From Lama glama (Eukaryota): a stretch of 64,000 nt of DNA. Of this stretch, positions 48,836 through 61,700 are shown piece by piece. Numbering within the stretch: the first letter of the stretch is position 1; each line of letters begins with the position of its first letter. The position numbers and the translations under genes are program-made. The notes beneath the pieces are model-generated. The model ran no database searches and was not told where the DNA came from. It saw only the letters and a program-made list of their open reading frames with translations. The stretch covers positions 36,580,001-36,644,000 of the forward strand of contig CM052837.1 in assembly GCA_028534125.1 (NCBI GenBank). Direction: 5' to 3'.

Positions 48836-51800
48836 TCAGAGCTGGTACCACTTCCTGCAGCTGCCTCACAGACGTGTCCCAGGCCATCTTCCCTGATCAG
48901 GGGCCCAGGAGGCCTGGTCTCAGGAGGAGGGGCCTCCCGCCGGGCCCTGCACAGAGTGGGAGGCAGGGGCCGCCCACCGGGCCAGCCCTGCAGCTGTGCG
49001 TGGATTAAAGCCCCCATGCCCCTCCCCACTCCATGCCCCCTAGTTTCCTGGGCGGTGACCGGAGATTAGCTGCCTAAACAACTAAAAGTCCTGTTTACTG
49101 GCAATGGGACTATTTCAGGTTTCACCTTTCAGCCAATCAATGCCCAGTCTGCACTCAGTCAATACCAGGCTCTCTGGTGCTCAGGAAGCCAGCAGGAGGG
49201 CCCACCTGGGGGCCCTGAGAGGGGGCAGCGGGGGTACGTCCAGAGGGTGGCAGGGGTGGTGAGCCTGGGGGCCCTGGTGGGGACCCCCTCAGTCCTCACC
49301 AGGAGTCAGCAATCGGCCCTGTCCACTGGGCCTCGGCCTCCATGCCACCCTCTCTGGACCTAAAACCAGAACCGGTTCACAAGCGTGTAAAGATGCAGTG
49401 TGGAGAGTGTAACGTGCAGGTATACAGCAAGTGCTCAATGGATGTTGGCTGCACCAGCAGTGAGAGCCGCCACCTTCTTCCACATCTGCTCGCGTTCCGC
49501 CTGCTTCTGCCAGGGCATCAGAGGGGAGCGAGGTCCGGGTGCCCTAGTGGGTGCAGGGGCGGGGAGGGGGCTTTCCTGCCGCCTGCGGTCCCCTCAGCTC
49601 CGCTCAGGGCGTGTGGCCTCCTCTGCCTTGTTCTCCTCCTCATCTGGGAGATGCTCTGGAGGAGCGGAGGGCAGGTGGAGAAGGTCCCCGCCTGAACACA
49701 GGCCCGCCCAGGGCGAGTCACGACCTCCTCACACGTTCTTCCCTTCCCAGGGCCACGCTGAGCCCCTGCGCTACCCTGCACTTGGGAGACCTGGGCTTCG
49801 AGCAGCCTCCTCCATGGAGGCACTTGCTGGGGCCACCTGGAGAGGGTTCGGGGACACCCACTGGACTGGGGCTCAGCACCAGGCGAGATGGTGGGCAGAT
49901 CGGGGGGTCTGGAACCTCCCAGGAGATAGAGAGGGCTCCGGAAATTATCCCTAACCCGGGACAGGGAGGCTCAAAGTCAAACAGCCTCCCTGCCCACCCC
50001 ACCCCCCTTCACCCAGGCAGCGGGAAGACCAGGATTAACATGGTCATGCTCTGAATGTGAACTTCTGTGTCTTGTCTTCTCTCTGACCCCCTGTGACTGG
50101 TGCCCACTGACAGTGGGGGCTGGAGAGATGTGTGCAAAGGTATAGACCCCAAGACGGCAAGCGTCTTTGGAGAGAGGACCCTCCCCCCAAGACACCAGGA
50201 TGTCCCCTAGGAGGTGGGTGGAGGCTGAGGGGCCCAAACACCTGCTGCCTGGCCAGAGTTGGGCTCTGCTGCCTTGTGCCCACCTTCTGGGCCCAGATGG
50301 GGCTAGGCCTGGGCTGCTGCGGAAACTGCCAGCCTACCAGCCACAGCCCTCTGTTTCCCGGTCGTCCCGAGGTCACGGGCCTTGTGTCACGGGCCTGGCG
50401 GGGCTGAGCACTCAGACCCTGGGCGGGCCACGGTCTCCTCCGTTCCCAGGCGGGACCGCTGATGTAGGGAGCTCGTGGTGATGGTGTCTGGTCTCTAAGT
50501 CCCTGCTTACTCTGCCCCTCACTGGCCCTGGGGGACAGACACGTTTCTAAGGGGCACATCTGACATATTTATTGGTGAGGCTGATGAAAAGGCCCGACTG
50601 ATCTTGGGGGCGGGGGAGGCAGTGTGGTCGTCACGTTTAACTGCACCTCTGGAAATCACAAGCTGGTGATTAGAAGTTACTAGAGAAGTGGGGCTGCCAC
50701 CCGGGGAGGCGGGGACTCCGGGCGGGGGTGGTGGCACTTGGGTGAATACCAGGTCCCAGTCCTCCGAGGGGCGACAGGCCTCCTCAGCCTTCTGGGAAGG
50801 CTCCGTCCTCATTTCTGTCTCCAGCCCAGTGAGGGGCCCTAAGGGGGCTGCTGGGGCCAGGCAGGGGAGGGGGTCTGAGGGGAAGGTGGTGGTGGCGAGA
50901 AAAGCCCCTGCAGGGGAACGGGCCGGGAGCTGGTGTCCGAGGCATCCTTGACTCTGCTCCCCCAGCATCTGCTGTGCGGCCTGTGAAGATTAACTGACCA
51001 CCCACTGTGCACCGGGGGCGCATGGGGCCCATCCTTGGGGAGGCTGGGAATGCCAGGACCCAGCCAGGGGGCTCCAGGCTCTGGGGGACGGCCACCAGAG
51101 GACCCGTAGTGATGGAGGGGACTCAGGGCATCCCACATCCCATGCCTTTCCAAGTGGGGTCCTGCTTTTCTGCTGGAGACTTGCTACTCAGTCGTGGGAG
51201 GAGTGGCCGGACTGAGCAGGATGGCAGGCCCCCTTGGCCTAAAGGGGAAAATGACCACTGTGCCCACTCTCCAGCCCTGGCCCCCGAGCCCCGCCCCAGC
51301 CCCGCCCTAGCCCCGCCCCCAGAGCCTTCCCTTCACCCAACCCAACTTGGCTTCTTGTAAAGGGCTATTCTGGATCTGCCCAACAGGTGCAGGGGTGAAG
51401 CTTGAGTCCGTGCTGATGTCAGCCTCCCAAAGGGTCCTGCTTGGGCGTCTCTGCCACCTCTGCTCCCCACCAGACAAGCACCCCAAGGCTGGCTCTGCAG
51501 GGAGGGCTCCAGGCTGCGTCCTGATGGACTCACCCCAGAGCTAGAGAGAGGGTGTGAACCCCTAACATGGGGACGGATACCGCCTCTTCCAGGAAGCCCT
51601 CCTTGCCCCCTTCCCACCCTGGTACCGCGTCACGTCCGGCTCTAAGTTGGGCTTTCTGGCTGGGAGGCCTGGGCGCGTCTGAGCTGGCATTTAGGTCCAG
51701 CTCTGCACCATTCCCTGTGCTAGGCCCCTCCCCAGGGGCTGGGTGCAGTGCCCACCCGGCTTGCACCAGAGGGTCAGAGCTCCAGCACTCACAGAGCGGG

Positions 51801-53149
51801 GCACCCGCTGTGGGCCCAGCAAACGTCTTCTGAATGAAGGGGTGAGCGGTGTGCACCCCTCCTCAGCGGTGACCCGTGTGAAGGGGGCACGAAGACCTGT
51901 TTCAAGGGGGTTGGTGCTGCTTCTGGGAGGCCCTGGTTCCTGGGGAGGGGGCCCCCGGCTCCAGTGGGCACAGCCTTCAACCTGGGGCCCTCCCCTGGGC
52001 CCACACCCTCGGTCTGAGGGACCAGAGTCAGAAGAATGGCCTGCAGGCGGCTTCCCCATTCCGGAGCTGAGACTCCCCACAGCACCCCCAGCCCCCGCCC
52101 CTCCTCCCACCTCCAGAAAGGAGCCCTTGGGCCTGGAAGCAGCCTGGCACAGCCGCCGCTAATTAATGAGAGCACAGGGAAAGAGCCAGAACCGAGGCCG
52201 GCGTGGAGGCGGAGGGGTCAGCGGTGGACGGAAGAAAATTTATATTTTTTGGCACCCGCCTGCCTCTGCAATGACATAATCAGAAGGTTTTTTTTCTACT
52301 GACTGGGCAATAAAATAGCTCATAACTGTGGATGCACGGTGCTTCAGCAGAGCTGGCTGCAGGCTTTGCAGCCTTGGCGAAGGTCACTCCTGGGGCTCAG
52401 CTAGGTTGCCTCAGGGTGGCGGCCCCCACAACAGGCAAGCCCCAGAGGGGGCTGCAGCTAGTCCTGGCTGGGAGCACTGCAGAGACCAGACCCCCTCTCT
52501 GCGGAAGAGCGTGCGGCCCCTCTGGGCTGCAGGGCCCCCGGGGCGGACCCTGCCTCACCCTCTGTGGCTGTGGGGATGCTACCCCATCAGCAACTGCCCT
52601 GAGGACCAGCACGAGTTAGGTGGTCGACAGTTTTGAAAATCTAGGTGAGATTAGCTTAGTGGGGGGCTGGGGTGATGGAGGATCTTGGGGGAGGAGAGGC
52701 AGGGGACCTCAGGACCTGCATTAAGTCTTGAGGCCTGTGGGCACCAGAGGAGGGGGAGAGGAGGGTAATGGGGGCCCTGGATGGGACCACCGGCAGCTGG
52801 GAGTCCCAGGTCTGCAGCCTGGAGCAGGACGCAGGACCGGCTACCCCGCATCTCAGTGAGAAGGCGGGGCCCCGCGAAGCTCAGGGTCCGTTACTCTCTT
52901 CTCGTCCTGGGTGCGGGGGCTGGAGAGGGAGCGCCTGTCAGGGAACCTCCCCAGCAGACTCTCGCCAACCCCTCAGACCGTGCTGAACCTATGGCCCACG
53001 TGCCACCACGCATGCTCAGCGTCCTTCCCAACACGGCCCAGCAGCCACACAAAGGCGGGAGGGGGCCGGGGACGTGGGAAGCCGCTGCCCGGGGTGGGCA
53101 GAGGTGCCAGTGGACGCAGCTTGAACAGTTTACAGTTTGAGATTTGGTT

Positions 53150-53630
53150 GTGGGTTAGCTTCCTGTGCTGTGGGACGAATCACCACCCAGTTACTCCCTC
53201 CCGGTGTCCGTGGCTCAGAAGTCACGCACGGCGTGGCTGGCTCCTCTGCTCAGGGTCTCCCTGGGCTGAAGCCAGGTGTGGCCGGGGGCTAAGATCGCTT
53301 CCACGCTTGTGGAGGTGGGCGGCGGGACTCATTCGTGCAGTTCTGTGTTGTCTGTGGCTGTGGGCTGGGGGCCGCTGGCAGATCCTTGCCACAGGGTCCC
53401 TGTGGGCAGGTCAAACCTGGCGGTCGGTTCCTTCTCTGAGGCCAGCAGGACACCATCCTTCCGATGATTTTCCTTTTAAAGAGCTCACCTGGTTGGGCCC
53501 GGCCCACACCTCGTGATTAACTCGTGGTCGGCAGATTGCCATCCCTGACCTCAGGGGCGATCCCCGTCCCCGTTGCTGGTCCTGCCCACACTCAGAGGGA
53601 GGGGCGGTGGGGCAGGGATTCTGACCCCAC
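53150..53630 (-). mobile_element. Degenerate MaLR LTR (MLT1F/G-like)
   Basis: GCTCCTCTGCTCAGGGTCTC...CTTTTAAAGAGCTCACCTG...GGTCCTGCCCACACTCAGAGGGAGGGG. Confidence 0.6.
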
Positions 53631-56600
53631 AGGTTTGTTTTCAAAGGAAGCTGGGGGACTCTGAGCCCCTTGAGGGTGCTGTCAGGAGGCCTGCCCAGCA
53701 AAATGCCCGAGGTCCTGGGCTGTGGGGGACAGAGGTCCCAAAGGCCACCCTGGGACCTCTCAGGCTTTGCTGCCCTCTGACCTCGGGAAAGCCGCCCTCA
53801 GAGTCTGGATTTCCAGCCCAAGTTCCCAGAAGAGCATGAGGGACTCACGCACGGCAGGCAAGTCCCCAGACCCACAGGCCTCACGGTGTCACAGACCCGC
53901 TGCCGTCCTGTGGAAGATACACGCCAGGACTCAGATTCAATCATTTATTAGGTCACATAATAAATTCAAGGAATATCTCCGAGGTTTGGAGAACCCGGAT
54001 TTGGCGTCCTCCGGAGTCTTACGATCCGGCAAAGCCATCCATCAGGCCTGAGCAGAGTCCCATCTGTCAAGTGGGACGGCTCCCTTCAGGGCCCGAAGGC
54101 TCTCAGCCTCTGCAAACTCGCTGTCAGGGAATCCGTGTTGTCAGGAAGGCAAAATGTCCTCCGGGGGCCCTGAGTGTGGCCCCCGCTCCCTGCCCCCCAC
54201 CCCTGCCCCCAGCCTGGGATCATCTGTTGCTTCAGATGCTTAGAAACGTCACCAGGGCTCCCGGGGGACGGGGGGGTCAGCCACAGCCACATGCAGGTCT
54301 GGCGTCTGACACGCAGGGTGCAGAGAGAGAGAGGAGTCCTCTCGTTGAACTCTCGGCCAGATGCAGCTGCCCAGGTCACACTCAGGGCAGTCCACGTGGC
54401 TCCACGTTCGCCAGGTCCTCTTCTGGGGGGACCTGGCCAGTGGGCGCCCTGGCCAGGATGGTATGAGCGGGGCACCCTCGCCCCTCTCTAGGCCAGGCGG
54501 TGGGCTGTGCCCGCCCCAGGAATTGGGGGTTAGATCATAACGCAACAGCTGCGGGCGCCCTCACCCACTCCTCACATCCCGGGGCTGGCGGGAAGGCCTG
54601 TCACCGTGTGGCCAGCTGCCAGCCAGGCCGAGAAGCCAACCAGGGGGCTGAGGCCAGTTACTGGGGTGTCTGGTGAGACAGGTTCTGAGTGACGGGGGGG
54701 CTGGGCCAGAACCCCTCTCCCAGTGGCCCCTGCGTGAGTGTGACAGGCCACCCCCCAAGAAATAATCATGGCGGTCAACGTTACTCACAGGAAAGGGTAA
54801 AGCACCGAGGGAACTGTCCCTCTGGGGCTCTGGGAGGGTTCCACGGGGGTTCCCACAGGCACCCCTGGGACTTTTCCCCAGACGGGTTTTAGGGGTCTCA
54901 GCTGTCCAGCCCTGTGACGGCCCCCAGTTCTTGACACCCCCTGGTGCCTGGGGTCCCGGGTCGGGTGGGGGTGCAGCCGCCTCGAGTTCACATGAGGAGG
55001 CTGCCTGAGGCCCCCCGGGACTGGGAGGAGGGCGAGGAGAGGGGCCCCTCCCCAGCTGGTGTCTGAGCCCAGGCCGTCAGGCGACTTCACAACCATCACT
55101 CCAGACTCTCTCCCGCAGTGACAGCGCTGGGACCTTGAGGAGCTCATTGGAATGAAGACTCCTGGGCAGAACCCCAGACCCCTGATCCTGGTGGGGGTGC
55201 TCTGGCGTGGGGTGGAGAATTTGTCTGGAGACGCCTCTTGCCCAGGACTCGGGGGCCGCCACCAGGAGCCCTGTGCTGGGACTGGGACTTTGCGCTGGAC
55301 ACGCACCAGCAGGTCACCTCCGCCAGTACTGCCTTGATGGCCACCAGGGGGCCAGGTATGGGGGCAGGCTTCCTCGTGGCTTTGCTCGCGGGGGACGCAC
55401 CCCCTGGCCCGGCACTTCCCTGCCACGCTGTGACATTTATAAATGTTTCGTGCAGAGAACAAAGAAAACTGTCCCAAATTAAGCAAAACCCCAGAGAGCG
55501 CCCACGTGGCCCTGAGAGGCCACCCGGGAGGCGACTGTGTCATACCGTCCACGTGGGACTGGTGTGGCGGCCTGCGTGCTGGCAGCTCTGCAGTTCCTGA
55601 CGCTACAGACTTTTGCTTTTCTGTTCTTTTTTCTAAAGCACCTTTATAACACTCCCAGAATGAATATTTATAGGGCAGGGATGAGAACATGGGCTAATTG
55701 TGGCTGAGGTCCTGGTGGGTCCACCCTCCTTGGCTCCCTAGGAGGTGACGCCGCCCCCGTGTCCCAGGGCTCCTGGCGGAGGGAAGCAGGGCCCAGGGAG
55801 GAGCCTTTGCCAAGCGGATTGCACCGTGGTGCCAAGGATCAAGGAGAATCAGGGTGCTGAGGTGTTCTCAGGAGCCGGCCCTTTGGGGAGGCCGTGGGGG
55901 CCCGGTGTGCCTGTGCAAGGCAAAGGCCAGGGCTCTGGGCCCCCCAGGACCCGCGGGCAACCACCAGGACAGCCCCAGACCCCAAGGGCAGCCTCAGGGG
56001 GGAGATGTCCTCTGAGCCCCAGGGAGGGGTGCAGGCAGGGAGCAGGTGCCCCTCAGCCATCTCCCTGGCATTGCTCTTAGCCCGGGGGAGGGCTGACCTG
56101 CACGGAGCATCTCGGCGTTGGCCCCGAGGAGCGGGCTTTACCAAGGGCATGCTCTGCACACCCTCTCCGGAGCCTGCGCACAGGTAAAGGGACGCTGGCT
56201 CACCTGGGTGGAGATCCTGTCCCCACTTCCAACAATATCCAGGGGAAACGTTTTGGGGGCTGAATGGCTTTGCAGGTCAGTGGTCTAGATGCCTGCGTTT
56301 CTGTCAATTCCTCGCACCCGCCCTCTGTCACACGGAGGGCGGGGCGCTCTGCTTGGCTCAGAACGAAGAGGGAGGTGTGAACTGTAGGAAGAAGGGCTTC
56401 CCGCCAGAGAGCCAGACGGACAGCTTCCGCCCAGCCAACTCTGCTTCCACACCTGGCCCCTCGGGGCCCCCTGCTCTGCCCTTCCAGATGCCTGGGTGGG
56501 GGCAGGGGCTGGAAACTGAGTGGACTCTGCTGGCAAACGCAGGACGACGGCAGACGCTGTCGTCTGAAGCCCTCCATCTCCTCCCAGCGCAGCTGCGGCG

Positions 56601-57655
56601 CGAGACCAGCCCTCCCACCGGCGCCGCCTCCTGGGTCCCCTGGACCCTGAAGCCATGTCCTTCTCGCTCTGAGCGCCCCCAGACTCCCGGGAGAACGGAT
56701 CAGGCCCCTGCCGGGCACCCCCAGCCCTGAAGTGACTGGGACAAGCGACGATGACTGTGATGAGGCGGGAGCCCTCAGAACCGGCAGGCAGCCCACCGGA
56801 CGGGGCCACCAGCTCCCCAGACCCCTGGCTCTGCTGGGCGTCAGGACCTGCCTGTCTCACAGCTTGTCCTGCATCACTGCAGGAGCCAGGAAAGCTTTCT
56901 GCTGTGATGAGTTTCTGCATGTCAGGCAGGATTTCTTAAAATGCAGCCAGAAGCGGCCCTGAACCTCCCCACCCCTGCCTGTCTCCAGCTCTTCATACTC
57001 AGGTGCTTCCTTCTCCCTGGAAATGGGAATCTGTCTCTCAACCCAGAAAAATACTTCCCCAAGGGCCACTGGACCCAGAGGGTGAGGGGCCAGACCCCTC
57101 CTCGCCTTCCTGCCTCTTGCTTCCTGTAGGACCAGCCGTGGGCGAGGCAGAGGCACAGGCCTTGTCCCAGGGGCGATGCCGAGGGCAGTGGGGTGCTGAG
57201 GGCCCCTCCGCGGGTGCGTCTGCGGGGAAGGGGCCGGGGCACAGGGGTGGGCTTGGAGCAGCCCAGCTGGCTCCGTCTTCCCCGATTTCTCCTGGCAGTT
57301 CGTTTTCTTCTGAGGGGAGTCTGTGTGAGTCTCCCACAGGGGTGAGGCTTCTGCAGGTGGAGAAGCCCCCGCTACCCCGGCGCACACTGAGACAGGGGGC
57401 CGGGAGGAGACGGAGGCGGGGAAGAGGCTGGCCAGTCTCCGCCCTCAGCCCGGGCGAGCCCGTGGGCTTGGGGCTCGGCCTGGAGCCCCAGCACCCCGCT
57501 CCAGTGCCCCCTTCCCTCCAGGGCCCTCCTCTACTTCCCCCAGGAGCTCTGGGTTGGTGGGGGCTCATCTTGAGGCCGCTCTGCTGGCCCAAAACTGCAC
57601 TGATCCTCACGGGGGCCCTAAGTGGTGCCACGTGGCCAAGCCCTTAAAGCACCCC

Positions 57656-57713
57656 GAGTCTCCATGACGGTACAGCTGCCCCCCTGAGTCTCCATGGCGG
57701 TACAGCTGCCCCC
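57656..57713 (+). repeat. 30-bp tandem duplication
   Basis: GAGTCTCCATG(A/G)CGGTACAGCTGCCCCC at 57656 and 57686. Confidence 0.92.
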
Positions 57714-58294
57714 ATTCTGGGTGGGGTGTCTCCGGAAACAAACTGCTCTCTGCTGACATCACGGCAATGAAATGTAACTTTCTTTACGAGCTGTCAGGGA
57801 GGTTTCCCCATGGCCATCGCGCTAATGTGTGCACATTTGTTTTGCTGCGTGTGTGCGCGCACATGGGCGGGTGAGCGTGTGCCTGTGTGCACATGTGCAT
57901 TTGGGGGTGTGGGCACTGAGATCTGGCAGCAGGCGACCTTCCAGGCACAGCATAGCAGGGAAGTCATAGTCCTCCTGCCTTGTTCCATGGGCATGCCACC
58001 CTGGGCTCGGCTCCGCGGGCACCCACCGTGCCTCACCTCCTCTGAGCTCCCCCAGGTGTCACGTGTCTGCGTGTGCTGGGGTGGCGAGGGTGTCTGGTGA
58101 GCAGGGGTGGTCAGCTGAGCCTGGGCTGCTGGGGACTCGAAATGCACACTGCCACTGGCCTCGGAAAGGCTATGAGAAGCCCTGCAGGCCGATGTGCACG
58201 CCCCCTGCTGAGGGCAGCCCCCCCCCCCCCAAGAGGATGTTGCCTTCGGAGCCTCTGGGTTTGTGGTCCTGCCATCCAGGCAGAAGAGAAGCTG

Positions 58295-58377
58295 CATTCA
58301 GAGAAGGTGATGCACTCACAGGTTTTGGGGATCAGGATGTGGACCTCTTTGTGGGGCATTATCCTGTCCACCCCACA
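58295..58377 (-). mobile_element. MLT1 LTR terminal fragment
   Basis: CTCACAGGTTTTGGGGATCAGGATGTGGACCTCTTTGTGGGGCATTATCCTGTCCACCCCACA. Confidence 0.65.
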
Positions 58378-58719
58378 GGGAATATTCCAGCAGCAGACGG
58401 GGCTTGGCAGGGTGGTATCTCTTACAGCCCCCCAAAAATCTATGGCTGTGGTCCTTAGATGGCTGTCCTTAGCCAAGAGGGGCAGCAGCCACCTCCACCT
58501 CCCTGGCCAATCTCCCTCCCTCCTGCCCTCATCTGTGGGGGAGCCAGGTGTCGGGGTATTGGGAGAGGTGAAGCTGGGGTCCCCCCCATTCAGGTCCCAG
58601 GAGAGCAGGAGCCTGGCCTTCACAGTCAGGTGCCTGTGCTGCAGTCCAGGTGGCCCTGTGTCCAGGTCACAAGGGTCAATGGGGAGAGGGCGTGGGGCTG
58701 GACCCTGAGCTCCACTTCT

Positions 58720-59350
58720 GTTTTCTTGTTGTTTTTTAATTGAGGTGAAATTCTCATAACATAAAATTCATTGTTTTAAAGTGAACAGTTCAGCTGCATT
58801 TAGCACAGTCACAGTGTTGAGCAAGCACCACCTCCCTCTGGTTCCAGAGCGTTCCTCCCCCGGAGGAGGCCTGCTTTCCACCAAGTGGCCTGCCTCCCCC
58901 TCCCCCAGGCCCCGACAAACCCCGTCTGCTCTGTGTCTGTGGACTCCAGGCCTGACCCCGCACTCAGCACTGGGCCTTCCAGGTCCGCCCGCACCACAGC
59001 CGGCGAGGCGCCGGCCTGGGCCCCGCGGGCTGCTGTGAGCGCGCACGGGGTCTCTGTTTGGGTCCTTGTCTCACTCTGGGGCACGGAGTGCGGGGTGGAA
59101 TTGCTGCGTGCGCCGTTTCCCCTTCTGAGGAGCTGCCGGCCGTTCTCCACAGCGGCTGCACAATTTCCCGTTCTCAGCAGCAACTTGTGAGGTTCAGATT
59201 TCGCCACATCCTCGCCAACACTTGTCATTTTCCAGTCTGGGGCTTTTGTGTCTTACAGCCGTCCCGGGGTGTCGGGGCGGTGCCCCCGCGGCCATTTCCC
59301 TGGTGACGGGTGGCGGTGAGCGTCTTCCGTGGCCCCCGGAGAGATGCCCC
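58720..59350 (-). mobile_element. L1MB-type LINE-1 3' fragment
   Basis: TTGAGGTGAAATTCTCATAACATAAAATTCA...GCATTTAGCACAGTCACAGTGTTG, and later CCACATCCTCGCCAACACTTG. Confidence 0.8.
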
Positions 59351-61549
59351 CAGGTGCTCCGCACCTGCTCCGTAGGGTAGCCTGGGCGCATCGGAACAGA
59401 GAGGCCGCTGCCGGGAGGGTGTCACCTGTTGTCTGAAACTACAAGTGAAATTTAAAAATAAAGCATAGGTTTCATTTTATTTTGCTTAAAGATTCTTGGA
59501 AGAGCAGTCTTGTCGGAGGGGACGGCCGCTGACTGACTGGGGAATAACGCTCCAAATGGCTCTGGACGCCTCGTGGTGGGGGTGTGCCCAGGCAGGGGTG
59601 AGGGGCTTCCTCCTTCTGACCGGGCCTGGCCCTCCAAGGGCACTGGCCCTGCCTTACTACCATCCTCTACCAATAAGACCCCAGCCTCATTCCCCCCACC
59701 TCCAAAGCTGAACACACACTGACATGGGTCCAGCCGCACTCCGCCAGCCCCACCACGTGCTCCCCACCGCCACAGCTGCCCAGTGGTGGAGGGACAGATG
59801 GAGCCATTGATTGAGTAGTTCATTCATTCATTCATCCATCTACTCATTAGATCCTCTGGCGTGTGAGACAGTGATCCTGTCTCGGGGCCCTCCTGGTCTG
59901 AGGCCTCGATCAGGGGCCCTGTCCACACCTCGGCCTCCTCTCCACCCAGAGGTCAGAGGGGCTGTCACTGCCCCTGCAGCACTCAGGCCCCTGAGGGCCT
60001 CGGTGAGGCTGGAGCCTGGCTCTGCTGGGGCCCCGCGGGCACTGCCTGCACCCCTCCCTCTTCCCAGGCTGGTAGATGTGCTGGATGCCCGTGAGGCCTG
60101 CCTGCCCAGCCCCCGCCCCCACCCTGTGCCCCCAGGGACGGAGCTTCAGGAAATGCTCTCAGGCAGAAGCCACTGCTCCTGGGGGCCCTCCCGGCTCCAT
60201 TACTGTCCTCCGTGCTTCCAGGAAATCACTGCTCTCCAGCAACGCTCCCCCTCCCCTCGGCTCAGGGGGTGAGGGGTCCTGTGACCCAGAAATGCACCTG
60301 CCTCAGGTTATCCAAATTCTGGAGGCTTCCCACCAGGAGCTGCTCCCCAGGCCGATCCCCAGGGACCCCCTCTGAGATTTGCAGCAGGTTCTGAGTAGGG
60401 AGACCCCTCAGTAGCCGGGCAGCTTCCTCCTGCTCCATAGAGGGCAGGCCAGTTTCCAAGCCATCGGGCAGAGCCTCTCCCCCCAGGCAAAGGTCCCACC
60501 TGCCCTTTCCCCCTCCTCCTCCAACCCCTTCATAGGAGAGGCACCCTGTTCCCCTGGGGGACCACGCACCAGAACCCCCTCTTTCTCTGTGAACACCTCT
60601 GCTTGGTCAGCGGATCTCGTGCGCGAACTCTCAAGGGCTGGCCAGAGCCTCAGTGCCTCCCCCCACCACATCTGGGCCTCACTGGACTGGCATCGGCCCT
60701 AGTGGCCCCGGTACTCTGGCCAGCCAGCTCCCCGGACCCCCTCGCCCCTGCAGCATCTGCACCTGAGCAGCCTCACCCCAGTCGGCCCCGGCCCTGGCCG
60801 TGGGCGAGTCCACCCTCACTGCTGCCCTGCCCTCCCGCCCCCTTGCTGTCCCAGCACAGCCAGATGCTCCTGCCCCGGCCTGTGTGCCCCCGGTGCCCTC
60901 TGCCTGGGTGTTCCTCCCTAGACATTTGCCCACTGCACTCTGACATCCCTTGGGCCCCCGTCCACCTCCCATAGAGGCCTCCCTTGACCTCTGACCTACA
61001 AGCCCATGCCTTCCCCTGACTGCGCCCTCCCTGCTCCCCACTGCGGGCGTCTGGACCTCCGTGACACTCGCCGTGCTCTGTCTCCCACTGCCCAGCACAG
61101 TAGGAGTCGCTCACAGGTGGCGACAGAAACTAACAAAATCACATCAAATTGAACATTTGAGTCAGCAGCTACGCCAGCCCCAGCTCGGGATCTCAGCAGC
61201 CTGGGGCGGCGCCGTGGCCCTGGGGGTGAGTGCAACACATCTGGCCACGGCGGAACCTTCCACTGGGCACGCGCGGCTGGCCCCACGTGGCCGCGAGCAG
61301 GAGTGAGCAAGGAGGCAGGCTGGCTCTCCGGCTGCTGCTTCATCCACCCTCGCTTGGGAAACGCCATCGTGCCACCCGCCACACTCCTGAGGAGCTGGGG
61401 GACAGGCCCAGGGGGGCCATGGCTGCCGTCCACGCTTCTACAACACTCAGCGTCCAAGACAGCTGACACTGGGTCCATCTTTACTGCATCCACGAGGGGG
61501 CTAGGCAGCTGGGCGGGAGCAGCGGCTGGACTGCCCCGACATGATGCTG

Positions 61550-61700
61550 CCTAGCTCTGCCCTCAGCTGTGTGACCTCAGCCCAGTCAGCTCCCCCTCTG
61601 AGCCCCGCTCCTCCCCAGTACAGTGAGGACAGCAGGGTACCCACCTCTCAGGGGTGCTTTGAAGATCAAGAGATAATCCACAGAAAAGCTCCTGGAGTCC
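61550..61700 (+). mobile_element. MIR fragment
   Basis: CTAGCTCTGCCCTCAGCTGTGTGACCTCAG...ACCTCTCAGGGGTGCTTTGAAGATCAAGAGATAAT. Confidence 0.7.

Noticed and set aside
55433-55446. 14-bp perfect palindrome ACATTTATAAATGT
   Set aside because: A palindrome of this length is expected by chance in 64 kb, and there is no associated structure.
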